DNA from: Nitrosarchaeum sp.
Lineage (GTDB): Archaea; Thermoproteota; Nitrososphaeria; Nitrososphaerales; Nitrosopumilaceae
NCBI GenBank assembly: GCA_965223865.1
Contig: OZ245020.1
Location: 1,248,001 to 1,312,000 of the forward strand
Direction of reading: 5' to 3'
DNA: 64,000 nt
The notes beneath the pieces were generated by a model. It made no database searches. It was given only the letters and a program-made list of their open reading frames with translations, and was not told where the DNA came from. Below, piece by piece: positions 37,759 to 47,502 of the stretch. A program made the translations under genes and the position numbers. Numbering within the stretch: position 1 is the first letter of the stretch; the number at the start of each line of letters is the position of its first letter.

Positions 37759-38145
37759 TCAATCAATGTATTTTTTGTCTCTATCAAGTTTTGATTCAAC
37801 TTTTCTAATTACCACGTAAAGTGTAGGAAGATTTGATGTTAGCATCTCTGATGGAAAAAACATATCTCCATATCCTTCTCCTTGTCTTACAATCAAATTG
37901 TTTTTCTCTAAAACATTGATACTGTGCTTTATTGTCTTGTAGTCTAAATTCAATTTTTTTGAGATCTCTAGTGTGTTCATCGGATCTTCAGTAATGGCAC
38001 AAATTATTCGTAGTCTGGTATATCTTCCACCCATTCCGGTAAAAACCGAAGAAAACAGTTCTTTCATTTGTTTATCTACTTTGATGTTCTCCAAGTTTGG
38101 AACATCTTTGAAAATTTTATTTTTACATAAAGAATCAAAGGGCAT
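37759..38145 (-). CDS. ArsR-like winged-HTH regulator
   Basis: GMGGRYTRLRII...ISKKLNLDYKTIKH...LE..NLI...GEGYG. Confidence 0.8.
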   Translation of the reverse strand: MPFDSLCKNKIFKDVPNLENIKVDKQMKELFSSVFTGMGGRYTRLRIICAITEDPMNTLEISKKLNLDYKTIKHSINVLEKNNLIVRQGEGYGDMFFPSEMLTSNLPTLYVVIRKVESKLDRDKKYID

Positions 38146-38445
38146 TAACAATGAACCTTCTCTTTGAAATATAAAATTAATTTTTTTAACTATTTCTTTC
38201 CTTATCAAAACCACATGATAATTTTGTAATGTCTCTTAGGAAAAAAGTCAATAAACAAATCAATACCAACTCGAATCTTCTCATATGTTAGAAGAATGGA
38301 TAGATAGCATTGCTTCCAGATAAATCATGCAATAACTCTACTAAATTCATATCCTAAAAGTAAAACAACATGGACTGATTATATTGTAATCTGCCCATTT
38401 ATTGATCTCTTCCAATAGGATTTCTTTTTCATTTTTATTATCTAC

Positions 38446-38883
38446 ATGGCTAATGACAGAATCATGATTTTAAATTTCTTGAAAAATCCAGGTAAAATAT
38501 TTGTCCTATTACTGGAATACTCAATTTTGTTTCTGGCAGTCTTTTATTTTGTGGTGTTACTTTTCTCTGAATATGATACACTTGGATGGGGTTCTCCGAT
38601 AATTGAGATTCCGCAACAGCTAAAACAGACTAATGAAATAGTGCTGTATGTGATGCTTTCCCTGCTTGCATTTGAACTCCTGTTAAAATATATGAAGGTG
38701 AGAGATTGGAAGATATTCCTAAAAAAATACTGGCTGGATGTTACTATGGTGATTCTGATCCCAGTGTTTTCGGGAATCAAAGTCCTTAAGGCGCTCAAGC
38801 TTGCAAAGAAGGTAAAAATTGCAAAGTATGGTTTCAAGGCAGCTGAAAAGACCCAAAAGAAGATTAGAAAAAAGAAAAAATGA
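38446..38883 (+). CDS. Stand-alone voltage-sensor-like (Ion_trans S1-S4) membrane protein
   Basis: S2-like AFELLLKY, S3-like KYWLDV, S4-like KVLKALKLAKKVKIAK; no pore domain. Confidence 0.65.
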   Translation: MANDRIMILNFLKNPGKIFVLLLEYSILFLAVFYFVVLLFSEYDTLGWGSPIIEIPQQLKQTNEIVLYVMLSLLAFELLLKYMKVRDWKIFLKKYWLDVTMVILIPVFSGIKVLKALKLAKKVKIAKYGFKAAEKTQKKIRKKKK

Positions 38884-38927
38884 TAGCGGAATTAAATTAA
38901 TACTGTACATACTAAACATCTCTCTAG

Positions 38928-40700
38928 ATGGTTTCTGCAGGAGTTACTGAATTCCTAAGCTTATTGGCGATTCTCTTTGGCGGAGGGATGATAAGTGCGT
39001 GGATTATGCACAAAATACATTTTCCAACAATTATTGGGTTTATTCTAATTGGCATAATTGCAGGCCCGTTTGGATTGGGTATAATAAAAGATGCCGAATT
39101 GATCAATTTGCTTGCAGAATTTGGAATAATTATTCTGCTTTTTGTAGTGGGATTGGAATTTAGCCTAAAGAAATTACAGAAAGTCGGCCTTACTGGGATT
39201 TTAGTTGGTACAATTCAGTTGGCAATAGTGTTTTCACTGGGTTATGTGGTAGCCATGGCATTTGATTGGACTCACCTTGAAGCTCTTTTCTTGGGAAGTA
39301 TCTTGTCAATTACGAGTACTGCCATATCGTTACGTTTTCTCAGAGATCTTAACCTAGTAAAAACAAACGAATGGAATACGGTGGTAATAATTCTCATCGT
39401 AGAGGATCTTGCAGCAGTTCTGTTGTTAACCATTCTTGGTGATGCAACTAAAGGGGATGGTTTTGCCCTAACTGATTTTGGAATAATCATACTTCAGAGC
39501 ATCGTATTTTTTGTGATTACTTTTGGAGTGGGAATAAAGGTCATCCCCAAACTTTTAGAGCATGTCAGCAAAATCAAAATGGAAGAGGCCCTGTTCATTT
39601 CTTCTCTTGCATTGGCATTCGGCCTGTCAGTTCTTGCTCATTTTTTGGGTCTCAGTAGCGCAGTCGGAGCATTCTTGATGGGAATGATCATCGCATCCAC
39701 AAAGTTTTCTGAATCTATAACTGCTAAGGTTCTTCCCTTAAGAGATTTTTTCCTGATAATGTTTTTTGTATCCATCGGCATGCTTGTAAACATTGCACTG
39801 ATACCAGAGGCAATTTGGATCACAATTCCGATAGTAATTGTGGCCATTTTTGGAAAATTTATCGGAAACATGTTTGCCGCGTCGTTTGCGGGAAATACGC
39901 TCGTGAGTGCATCTACAATTGGAGTGGTGATGATACCTATTGGAGAATTCTCATTCATCATAGCAAAACTTGGAGCAGACAGTGGATCTATACGAGATTC
40001 AATTTTTCCAGTAACTGTATTGGTGGCCATCATTACGATGCTGATAATGCCACTTCTTTTAAGAGCAATACCCACAAAGGCTGATTCCAACTCAATCATA
40101 CCAACTAGACTGCTTAACACCATATTTTATGCCGGAATGCTGCTAAGGGGAAAACCTGCTGATCAGAAGCCAGATTCGGAACAAAAAATGAATGTCAAAA
40201 AATATGCCCCCGTAATACTGGTACACATTGTCGTAATAGTCACCATACTGGCTATGATGGATTATTTTTCACCATCAATCATTGCATTGATGAATGAATG
40301 GGAAATACCTTTCTTGATAGATCCAGAGATATTCCTCGTAATTTTGACGATAATCATCTTAATTTATCCAGTATTTTCATTCTTTGGCAGAACAGAGAAG
40401 ATAATTTCGGACATTTGTAACAAGATTACGATCAACTTTAATTCAAAAGAGAAGAAACAAGTTGACCGTCCGTTGTACAAAGTGATTAGGAACTCACTTT
40501 TTATGGGTTTGATGTTGTTGTTGGTGTCCATCTTCATCAGCTTTGTTGAATTTGAAGACAGTACAGTCATAATCATTATCTCTATTATAGCGTTGGTCAT
40601 AGCCATGCCCCTCATCTTAGACACTATTTTTGCAATCAAAAGACTGACTCAAACCCATTTGTTTGACAGTTGGATGCCAACTGGAGAGGACAAAGATTGA
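38928..40700 (+). CDS. CPA2-family cation:proton antiporter with extra C-terminal TM region
   Basis: LAEFGIIILLFVVGLEFS, SITSTAI, LIVEDL, GAFLMG, PLRDFF..FFVSIG, GEFSFII. Confidence 0.9.
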   Translation: MVSAGVTEFLSLLAILFGGGMISAWIMHKIHFPTIIGFILIGIIAGPFGLGIIKDAELINLLAEFGIIILLFVVGLEFSLKKLQKVGLTGILVGTIQLAIVFSLGYVVAMAFDWTHLEALFLGSILSITSTAISLRFLRDLNLVKTNEWNTVVIILIVEDLAAVLLLTILGDATKGDGFALTDFGIIILQSIVFFVITFGVGIKVIPKLLEHVSKIKMEEALFISSLALAFGLSVLAHFLGLSSAVGAFLMGMIIASTKFSESITAKVLPLRDFFLIMFFVSIGMLVNIALIPEAIWITIPIVIVAIFGKFIGNMFAASFAGNTLVSASTIGVVMIPIGEFSFIIAKLGADSGSIRDSIFPVTVLVAIITMLIMPLLLRAIPTKADSNSIIPTRLLNTIFYAGMLLRGKPADQKPDSEQKMNVKKYAPVILVHIVVIVTILAMMDYFSPSIIALMNEWEIPFLIDPEIFLVILTIIILIYPVFSFFGRTEKIISDICNKITINFNSKEKKQVDRPLYKVIRNSLFMGLMLLLVSIFISFVEFEDSTVIIIISIIALVIAMPLILDTIFAIKRLTQTHLFDSWMPTGEDKD

Positions 40701-40758
40701 ATGAAACTACCAAAATAATTAACGATAACAAAGCAGAACTACAAGTCTTCATTTTACC

Positions 40759-42174
40759 TCATGGCATAAGCGGCATCTGAATGTACACCAGCATTGCAGC
40801 AAGGGCCATTGTCGGAACCGATATGACGGCGCCTGGCTTTATCCACTCCTTTAGTGTAATATGTCCTCTCTTTCTTCTCTCAAGCATCCCAATTGCCACA
40901 ATGTTGGCGGTACTTCCAATCAGCGTGAGGTTTCCAAAGAACGTGCCGCTAAACAGCATTCCCCACCAGAACGGGTAGTTGTCCACTCCCATGTCGCCAA
41001 ACTCATGGACTACAGGAATGAAGGTTGCAACCGCTAACACATTGTCCATCAACGCACTTAGTATGCTGGTAATTGGAACAAACAAAAAGTAGAGATTTGT
41101 CTCATCATTTCCGCTAAGATCGTACATTCCTTCTGCCAGTACCGTTGTGACACCAAGCATCTTCATTGTGCCTACTGACGCAAACAAGAAGATGAAAAAA
41201 GCTAGAGTCCACCAGTCTACACGTCTTTCTACCATCTCCCTTGCCTTGTTATGATTGAGAAACAGTACAATTCCAGCTGCTGCAAATGCAACACCTGGAA
41301 GTAGAACGTTCTTTTCAAGACCAAGGGCTTCCTCCAAGGGACTATGGGCCACAAGGGCAGCAATCGTCCCTATGAATATTATCCAGGGAATTTTGAAATT
41401 CTGTTTGGCAGTTGTTTTTTGGTTGCCAGAATCTCCAACCACAATCTCCTCATTGTCTGCTAGGATTTGTTCACTGGAATTTGTCTTGAGTGCTACTCCC
41501 ATCTGAGCAATGTATTTTCTAAAGTATAACAATGACAATGGAACTGCAACTGCAAGCCCTGCAATGGAAATTGGTGTTGCCCATCTTAGAAACTCCATGA
41601 ATGTAAGCTCTGCCCTCATTGCAATCAAGACACCTACTGGATTTCCAACAACTGTTGCACTACTTCCAATGTTTGTTGCAAATACAGTCATCATCACCAA
41701 TGGTATTGCACTGATTCTTAGCTTTCCTGTAAGATGCAATACAGTTGCTGTCATAAACAGAATAGAGGTAACTTCATCTACCAATGCTGCAAACAGCGCA
41801 GACATTAGCATCAAAACTACCACAAGTTTTACTGGATTGTTTCCAACCCCTCTCATTATCTTTCCAAGAAGATGCTCAAAGAATTTCTTTTCTTCAAGGA
41901 ATCCTACCACAATCATCATTCCTACCAGAAACAATATCATGTCAAATCCTGCAAATTCTATCATGGTATCTGTGTCAAGCAATCCTAATCCCAACATCGC
42001 AGCTATTCCTACAAGCGCAAAGGCAAGCCTGAATCTCCAGAAAAGCAACGTACCTACAATGAGTGATGCAAATATTGTCACAGCTGCAATCTGTTCTGGG
42101 TTCAATCCTGCAAAACTTACAGTAACTGAGATACAGCCAAGGATAACTGGATACAAAATGTACTTTGGAATCAA
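40759..42174 (-). CDS. ArsB/NhaD-like ion transporter (IT superfamily)
   Basis: LVDEVTS, TNIGSSATVVGNP, LSALMDNV, GNLTLIGSTANIV. Confidence 0.88.
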   Translation of the reverse strand: MIPKYILYPVILGCISVTVSFAGLNPEQIAAVTIFASLIVGTLLFWRFRLAFALVGIAAMLGLGLLDTDTMIEFAGFDMILFLVGMMIVVGFLEEKKFFEHLLGKIMRGVGNNPVKLVVVLMLMSALFAALVDEVTSILFMTATVLHLTGKLRISAIPLVMMTVFATNIGSSATVVGNPVGVLIAMRAELTFMEFLRWATPISIAGLAVAVPLSLLYFRKYIAQMGVALKTNSSEQILADNEEIVVGDSGNQKTTAKQNFKIPWIIFIGTIAALVAHSPLEEALGLEKNVLLPGVAFAAAGIVLFLNHNKAREMVERRVDWWTLAFFIFLFASVGTMKMLGVTTVLAEGMYDLSGNDETNLYFLFVPITSILSALMDNVLAVATFIPVVHEFGDMGVDNYPFWWGMLFSGTFFGNLTLIGSTANIVAIGMLERRKRGHITLKEWIKPGAVISVPTMALAAMLVYIQMPLMP

Positions 42175-42177
42175 GTG

Positions 42178-42399
42178 TTAGTTTACCTCCGGTTTTGACA
42201 TTACCTGTATGTGGGAGTTTTTCTTGTTAATCCAAACCTGAAATCCCGAATCAAGGAGAAGTGAGAAAACCTCAACCCAAGGGAATTTTTCATTGTCAAT
42301 TACCGTTATTTCATATCCCCCATAATCTTCAACTATTTTGGCAGTAGAACCAATAGTTTTTTTGAGGATTAGAAACAATTTGTTATTTTGCTCCATCAA
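42178..42399 (-). CDS. Small hypothetical protein, translationally coupled in the operon
   Basis: Overlaps the USP stop; ends with SD-encoding EVN. Confidence 0.65.
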   Translation of the reverse strand: MMEQNNKLFLILKKTIGSTAKIVEDYGGYEITVIDNEKFPWVEVFSLLLDSGFQVWINKKNSHIQVMSKPEVN

Positions 42400-42856
42400 T
42401 TAGGAGTACAGGAATTGAGGTTCTCTCAAGTACTTTTCTTGATACGCTGCCAAGTTGCAGTATTGCCTTTAATCCTGGGAGTTTGCGTCGTTTTGCCATT
42501 ATGACAATATCATAACCTTGTTGATTGGCAATACGTGTTATTTCCTCATCAGGATATCCGTGCACTACCTTAATGATCGTAGCAATACCTTGTTTTCGAA
42601 GTTTTTCTGCCTTGGAATCAAGACTCTTATGCATCTCCTTTTTCAGCTCATTTCTTGCCTGTTTGAGTTCCTTTGCAAGCTCTTTTCTCTCAAAATTGAA
42701 TGTTAGAGAGGGAGGTATTGGGATATTTTCCACTATGTGCAAGAGAGTGATCTTGGCATCGTGTTTTTTTGCTATTCCCTTTGCATGTTCTAGTGCCTTG
42801 TCACCTGCATTTGTTCCTGCATGTGGTACCAAAATACTGTCATACATGTTAGACAT
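42383..42856 (-). CDS. Universal stress protein
   Basis: ILVPHAG, GYP, LGSVSRKVLE...PVLLI; GGAGG SD. Confidence 0.9.
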   Translation of the reverse strand: MSNMYDSILVPHAGTNAGDKALEHAKGIAKKHDAKITLLHIVENIPIPPSLTFNFERKELAKELKQARNELKKEMHKSLDSKAEKLRKQGIATIIKVVHGYPDEEITRIANQQGYDIVIMAKRRKLPGLKAILQLGSVSRKVLERTSIPVLLIDGAK

Positions 42857-43247
42857 TGCCTCCAAGATGACCTAAATCAAAAGCTGCATTAATTTTTGAA
42901 ACAATCTTTTCAATTTCTGCTCCATGTGAAGTTGAGACCAGTATTACGTTCTCAGTAAATGGCACTGTTATCATAAGGCCTTTCCCTCTCCTTGATACGA
43001 TATAGTCAATAGGCCCCAAAGAAGAATCAAATTCTTTTCTCATTGTGATTTCAAGAACCATTTGCATGTAGAGCATACGTCGTTTTTCTTCATCTTCAAA
43101 AGGTGTGACATCAGATCTAAATCCTCCTGCAAACAAATTTCCCAATTTGTTGATGACTCCCGCAAATCTAATTTCAGGTTCTCCTAGCAGCTTGGCACAA
43201 ATGTTTTCTAATTTAATGTGTTCATCTAGATGTAGTACAGACATCAT
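42849..43247 (-). CDS. DUF6659/roadblock-like protein
   Basis: IRFAGVINKLG, MRKEFDSSLGPIDY. Confidence 0.75.
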   Translation of the reverse strand: MMSVLHLDEHIKLENICAKLLGEPEIRFAGVINKLGNLFAGGFRSDVTPFEDEEKRRMLYMQMVLEITMRKEFDSSLGPIDYIVSRRGKGLMITVPFTENVILVSTSHGAEIEKIVSKINAAFDLGHLGGNV

Positions 43248-43396
43248 CTATTTCCTCCTCTGATTTTTTCATCTTCATTGTTTGGATGAGTTGCATTTTG
43301 AAAATCAAAAGTTGAAAAATAACAGGTTGATTTGGAATTATCTTTAGCTGGATGTATTGATTGTTGTGATTTGCCAATCATGGTTTTTAGAACAAG

Positions 43397-43442
43397 TGAC
43401 AAGTCAAAAAATAAAATAAGGAAATGTTTTGTTGACTTGTCA
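43397..43442. repeat. Perfect 11-bp inverted repeat in the operon leader
   Basis: tgacaagtcaa (43397-407) / ttgacttgtca (43432-42). Confidence 0.75.
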
Positions 43443-43517
43443 TCTATGTTCTTTTTTCCACCTCCGTTTTTGTTTTCATGATGTTAATATGGTCAAAGTT
43501 CTAGTTATAGTGGTAGC

Positions 43518-43536
43518 AACACAATGTAACACAATG
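43518..43536 (-). promoter_or_regulatory. Tandem AACACAATG direct repeat (10-bp period) just upstream of the TATA box
   Basis: aacacaatg at 43518-26 and 43528-36; minus-strand TATAAC at 43504-09. Confidence 0.45.
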
Positions 43537-43601
43537 CAAAATTCATAGTGCCAAAATTCTCAAACTCAAAAAAACCTAAAATATGAAATGGATTTTGATT
43601 T

Positions 43602-44138
43602 TCAATCAGTTGGAAAAACTAGAGTTATTGAATTTTTAGTAGTCTTGACTTGTAGCCTCTTTTGCAAGATGTCGTGAAAGAGCTCTGTTACCAACGTTTT
43701 GACATAAAGAGACCATTTTGCCCCCAGGTCATGTTGAATCTTAAACGTCCAGTTTTTGTTTCCCTTGATCATGTCATGCTGCATCCACGCAACATATAAC
43801 CAGCTTCTTAATATCTCGATAAAATCCTCGACTGTGTATTCCCCTTTCATGAAATTCAAAATGTCTGCAAACGTGTCTTTTTCGACTTCTTCTGCAAGGT
43901 GGACTATCTCTGAGTCTTCCATCTGGTTGATTGAATGTTGTACAAACGGCTTTGTCATTGGTAAAAGACCCATTTTTCGCTCATATCTCTCCCAAAGTAT
44001 GTGATTTGACAGAACTTTTGACACAAGTGAATTGACGTTAATTCTCTCCATTTCAGACTCGTTTTTCAAATCTTCGATCAAATCTGCATCGAGCCTGAAC
44101 GTGATTGTTTGGCTTTTCTTCTTCTTTTGTTCTGACAA
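43602..44138 (-). CDS. Ribbon-helix-helix regulator with C-terminal effector domain
   Basis: SQTITFRLDADLIEDLK.ESE...INVNSLVSKVL; QHDLG.KWS. Confidence 0.75.
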   Translation of the reverse strand: MSEQKKKKSQTITFRLDADLIEDLKNESEMERINVNSLVSKVLSNHILWERYERKMGLLPMTKPFVQHSINQMEDSEIVHLAEEVEKDTFADILNFMKGEYTVEDFIEILRSWLYVAWMQHDMIKGNKNWTFKIQHDLGAKWSLYVKTLVTELFHDILQKRLQVKTTKNSITLVFPTD

Positions 44139-44232
44139 CTAATACCCTACAGAAATGAGAGTTCCTTTAGGCTATAAGCAATTTGAAAATTAGGTAAGGT
44201 TATGAAAAATGATCAAAAAACAGGAACAAAAA

Positions 44233-44549
44233 TCAAACACCTAGATTTTCGTCTTTGATAAGATTGAGATAGACCTTGTCTCCTACAGAAAGATTCATCT
44301 CCTTGTATTCGTGCATGTCAAGCTTTAATGATGTAACTCCAAACATCATTCCAGACCTACTGAAAGTATCTTGTTTAGATCTTTCATAATATCCCCCATT
44401 TTGGAAGGGTCCGTCATTTTTGAAGGATCAAATTGGGATCGCGGTTTGTTTCCTTCTTGGAAATCTTTGGTAGATGTCAATGAAACTATCACATAAGGCG
44501 AACCATCTGGTGATACATCAATTCTTTTTATTACAAACTCCTTGCGCAT
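44233..44549 (-). pseudogene. Frameshifted small archaeal protein
   Basis: MRKEFVIKRIDVSPDGSPYV... continues in another frame as GMMFGVTSLKLDMHEYKEMNLSVGDKVYLNLIKDENLGV-stop. Confidence 0.65.
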
Positions 44550-44586
44550 GTGATGAGCTTGGAAGTGTGTCTTTATAATTAATTCT

Positions 44587-44812
44587 TCATCTATAACGAG
44601 CAGCAAATGTGTTTGACTCTTTACTCTGAAGGTCTTTTTTGTATTGGTCTGCAATCAGATTTCCATATACAACTAAATCTCTGGCAATAGTGTCAATACG
44701 GGAGAGAATGTTTTCGTTGGTAATGTTTCCTTGTTTGTCAAAGTCTTGATCAGAATTTACCGAAATACCATATGGCATACTCCATCCATAGCATTGTCTT
44801 ACAGCAGTTCTA
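44587..44812 (-). pseudogene. 3-prime remnant of a flavoprotein (FMN reductase-like) gene
   Basis: RTAVRQCYGWSMPYGISV...RIDTIARDLVVYG resembles an FMN-reductase C-terminus; no matching N-terminus. Confidence 0.55.
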
Positions 44813-45092
44813 TCTGGAATCCTTACCAAGCAAAGACAAACAATGGTTGTATAGTCTTGCAAGTATGTATATCAATCCTGGAAAGATACCTGAGCTTTTT
44901 GAGGTAACTATAGAGGTGATTTCAGGAGATGGAACAACTATTCAAACATGGGAGTATGGCAAATGTGAGATTTCAAATTATGAGATTTATCTAGATGACA
45001 GTCTACTTAATTACAAATACCATGATAGATGGCAATCAGAAATCAGAGACAGAACTTTTTTTGATTGTGGCGGTTTAGAATTCACAACATAA
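44805..45092 (+). pseudogene. 3-prime remnant of a thaumarchaeal surface/hypothetical protein
   Basis: QFYLESLPSKDK...INPGKIPELFEV...GDGTTIQTWEY.KC...EIRDRT.FDC.G; 5-prime end overlaps the opposite remnant. Confidence 0.55.
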
Positions 45093-45210
45093 TTTCATAA
45101 TTGATCTCATCTGAAACATAGTTTCTATAGTTTGACTTGTTCTTTTGTCATTTAAAATTAAATTTTGGATAGTGACAGACTAATTTACAAGTATTAAAAA
45201 AAATAGGAGA

Positions 45211-45408
45211 TTACTGTAACGGGTAATGAACATCACAAAACAAGACTATTCCATTTGGAAGTGTCTTTGCAGTTATAGAGTGTCCATCTTTGAGGCCTTT
45301 TCCACAGACATAACATTCTACAGAAGAAACTGATGATGAAATAAGATTTGACTTTGAGTGATACTGTATATCTTGCAACAGTGATGATCTTTGTCTAACT
45401 CCCTGCAT
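45211..45408 (-). CDS. Small CxxC...CxxH zinc-binding protein
   Basis: CYVCG...LFCDVHY. Confidence 0.65.
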   Translation of the reverse strand: MQGVRQRSSLLQDIQYHSKSNLISSSVSSVECYVCGKGLKDGHSITAKTLPNGIVLFCDVHYPLQ

Positions 45409-45562
45409 GAGTCAATGACACTACGGCTTGGTACCTAATAAAGGTACCGTACTGGTACAGTATTTTACCATTTCTTTTAATTTCATAAATTTTGAGCCTA
45501 AAATCATTCAAAAGACATTTCCCATCACTTTAAATAATAAACCCAGAAAATTTTGTTTATGG

Positions 45563-46912
45563 GTGGACACCTTTGGAAACTCTCAACCAAAAGTAATACC
45601 TCTAGATTTATCTGAAAACCAATTTCAAATTTACAACAAAATTTCTAGGAATTATTCACATTCATTTCTCTTTGAATCCCTTACCGGTCCTGAGGTACTA
45701 GCTGAAACATCAGTTATGGGATTTGATCCCAAGATAACTCTCAAAGGTTACTCTGACAAAGTAGAGATTACCAAAGATGGAATAACTGAAACGATTACTA
45801 CAACAGACCCATTTGAAGAACTAAAAAAATTATTGGGAAAATCTGAAGATCAAAGATATAGATACTTGGGAGGTGCAGTGGGGGTTGTAAATTATGATGC
45901 AATAAGACTTGTTGAGAAAATCCCTAACACTCACAATTCCCCGCAACCGTTAATGGAGTTTGGTATTTATGATGATGGAATACTATATGATAACTTACAC
46001 AAAAAATTATTTTATTTTTATCATGATGAGAATAGATTTGACAAACTACAGATAGACAAAGATGAATTTGGGGATTTTGATTCAAGTAAAGTAATACCAA
46101 ATATGAACGAGCAAAAGTTTTCTGAAATTATAAACAAGGCAAAAAAATACATTCATGATGGAGATATCTTTCAAGTTGTTTTATCTAGGAAATTTACATT
46201 TGATGCTAGAGGAGACAATCTAACATTATACAAAACATTGCGCAAGCTAAATCCATCACCATACATGTATCATCTAAAACAAGACTCAAAGACAATAATA
46301 GGCGCATCTCCTGAAATGCTAGTTAGAATTACAAATGATAAAGTAGAAACTTTTCCAATTGCAGGAACACGAAAAATTACCGATGATGAGCAAAAAAACA
46401 AACAACTCGCTGATGAATTACTACATGATGAAAAGGAATTAGCAGAACATACAATGCTAGTAGATTTAGGACGAAACGATATTGGCAGGGTGTGCAAATT
46501 TGGTACAGTTCATCCTGAATCTCTAATGCAGATAAAGCGGTTCAGCCACGTTCAGCATATAGTAACTCATGTGGTGGGTAATCTGGCACCTGAAAATGAC
46601 ATGTTTGGTGCCTTTAAGGCAGTATTTCCTGCAGGAACAGTCTCTGGTGCACCAAAGGTTAGGGCAATGGAAATTATTGATGAATTAGAAACTGAAGCTA
46701 GAGGCCCATATGCTGGTGCAGTAGGGTATTTTTCATATAATGGATGCTGTGATTTTGCCATTGCAATCAGAAGTATTTTCATTGATGGCAACAAGGGATT
46801 TGTTCAATCTGGAGCTGGTATTGTTTTTGATTCTGTTGCAGAAAATGAATTCAAAGAGACAGAACACAAGGCAGGCGCAATGCTTCAAGCATTAAAGGAG
46901 GCATCAACATGA
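45563..46912 (+). CDS. trpE: Anthranilate synthase component I
   Basis: [42 protein letters not shown]; GTG start inferred. Confidence 0.96.
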   Translation: MDTFGNSQPKVIPLDLSENQFQIYNKISRNYSHSFLFESLTGPEVLAETSVMGFDPKITLKGYSDKVEITKDGITETITTTDPFEELKKLLGKSEDQRYRYLGGAVGVVNYDAIRLVEKIPNTHNSPQPLMEFGIYDDGILYDNLHKKLFYFYHDENRFDKLQIDKDEFGDFDSSKVIPNMNEQKFSEIINKAKKYIHDGDIFQVVLSRKFTFDARGDNLTLYKTLRKLNPSPYMYHLKQDSKTIIGASPEMLVRITNDKVETFPIAGTRKITDDEQKNKQLADELLHDEKELAEHTMLVDLGRNDIGRVCKFGTVHPESLMQIKRFSHVQHIVTHVVGNLAPENDMFGAFKAVFPAGTVSGAPKVRAMEIIDELETEARGPYAGAVGYFSYNGCCDFAIAIRSIFIDGNKGFVQSGAGIVFDSVAENEFKETEHKAGAMLQALKEAST

Positions 46913-47502
46913 AATTCCTAATTATTGACAATTATGATTCTTTTGTATACAATATTGCACAGTATCTAGGAGAGCTTGGAGTAGACTGTGATGTAAAAAG
47001 AAATGACAAGATTACATTACAACAAATAAAACAAAAAAATTATGATGCAATAATAATTTCTCCAGGTCCTGGTACTCCAGAGGACAAAAAATACTTTGGA
47101 GTTTGCTCTGATGTTATTCGTGACTTGGGTCCAGCAATACCTATTCTTGGGGTTTGTCTGGGACATCAGGGAATCATTGATGTGTTTGGTGGTAAGGTTA
47201 CAAATGCAGGTTGTGTAAGACATGGGAAGACAAGTCCTGTTGATCATACTAATTCAGAATTATTCAAAGATGTAAAAAATCCATTTAAAGCAACAAGATA
47301 TCATAGTTTGGTTGGAGACAAGACAATAATTCCTGAGGTTTTAGAAATAACAGCTACTGCAGCTGATGATGGTGAGGTCATGGCAATAAAACACAAAGAA
47401 TATCTTATTGAGGGAGTACAATTTCATCCAGAATCAATAATGACTGAAGATGGGAAAAAAATTCTTGCAAATTTCATAAGACAGGTCAAGGAGAGAAAAT
47501 GA
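46909..47502 (+). CDS. trpG: Anthranilate synthase component II
   Basis: IDNYDSF, SPGPG, GVCLGHQ, QFHPES. Confidence 0.96.
   Translation: MKFLIIDNYDSFVYNIAQYLGELGVDCDVKRNDKITLQQIKQKNYDAIIISPGPGTPEDKKYFGVCSDVIRDLGPAIPILGVCLGHQGIIDVFGGKVTNAGCVRHGKTSPVDHTNSELFKDVKNPFKATRYHSLVGDKTIIPEVLEITATAADDGEVMAIKHKEYLIEGVQFHPESIMTEDGKKILANFIRQVKERK

Noticed and set aside
41510-42181. 223-aa antisense ORF over the ArsB/NhaD gene
   Set aside because: Typical stop-poor antisense frame of a hydrophobic gene
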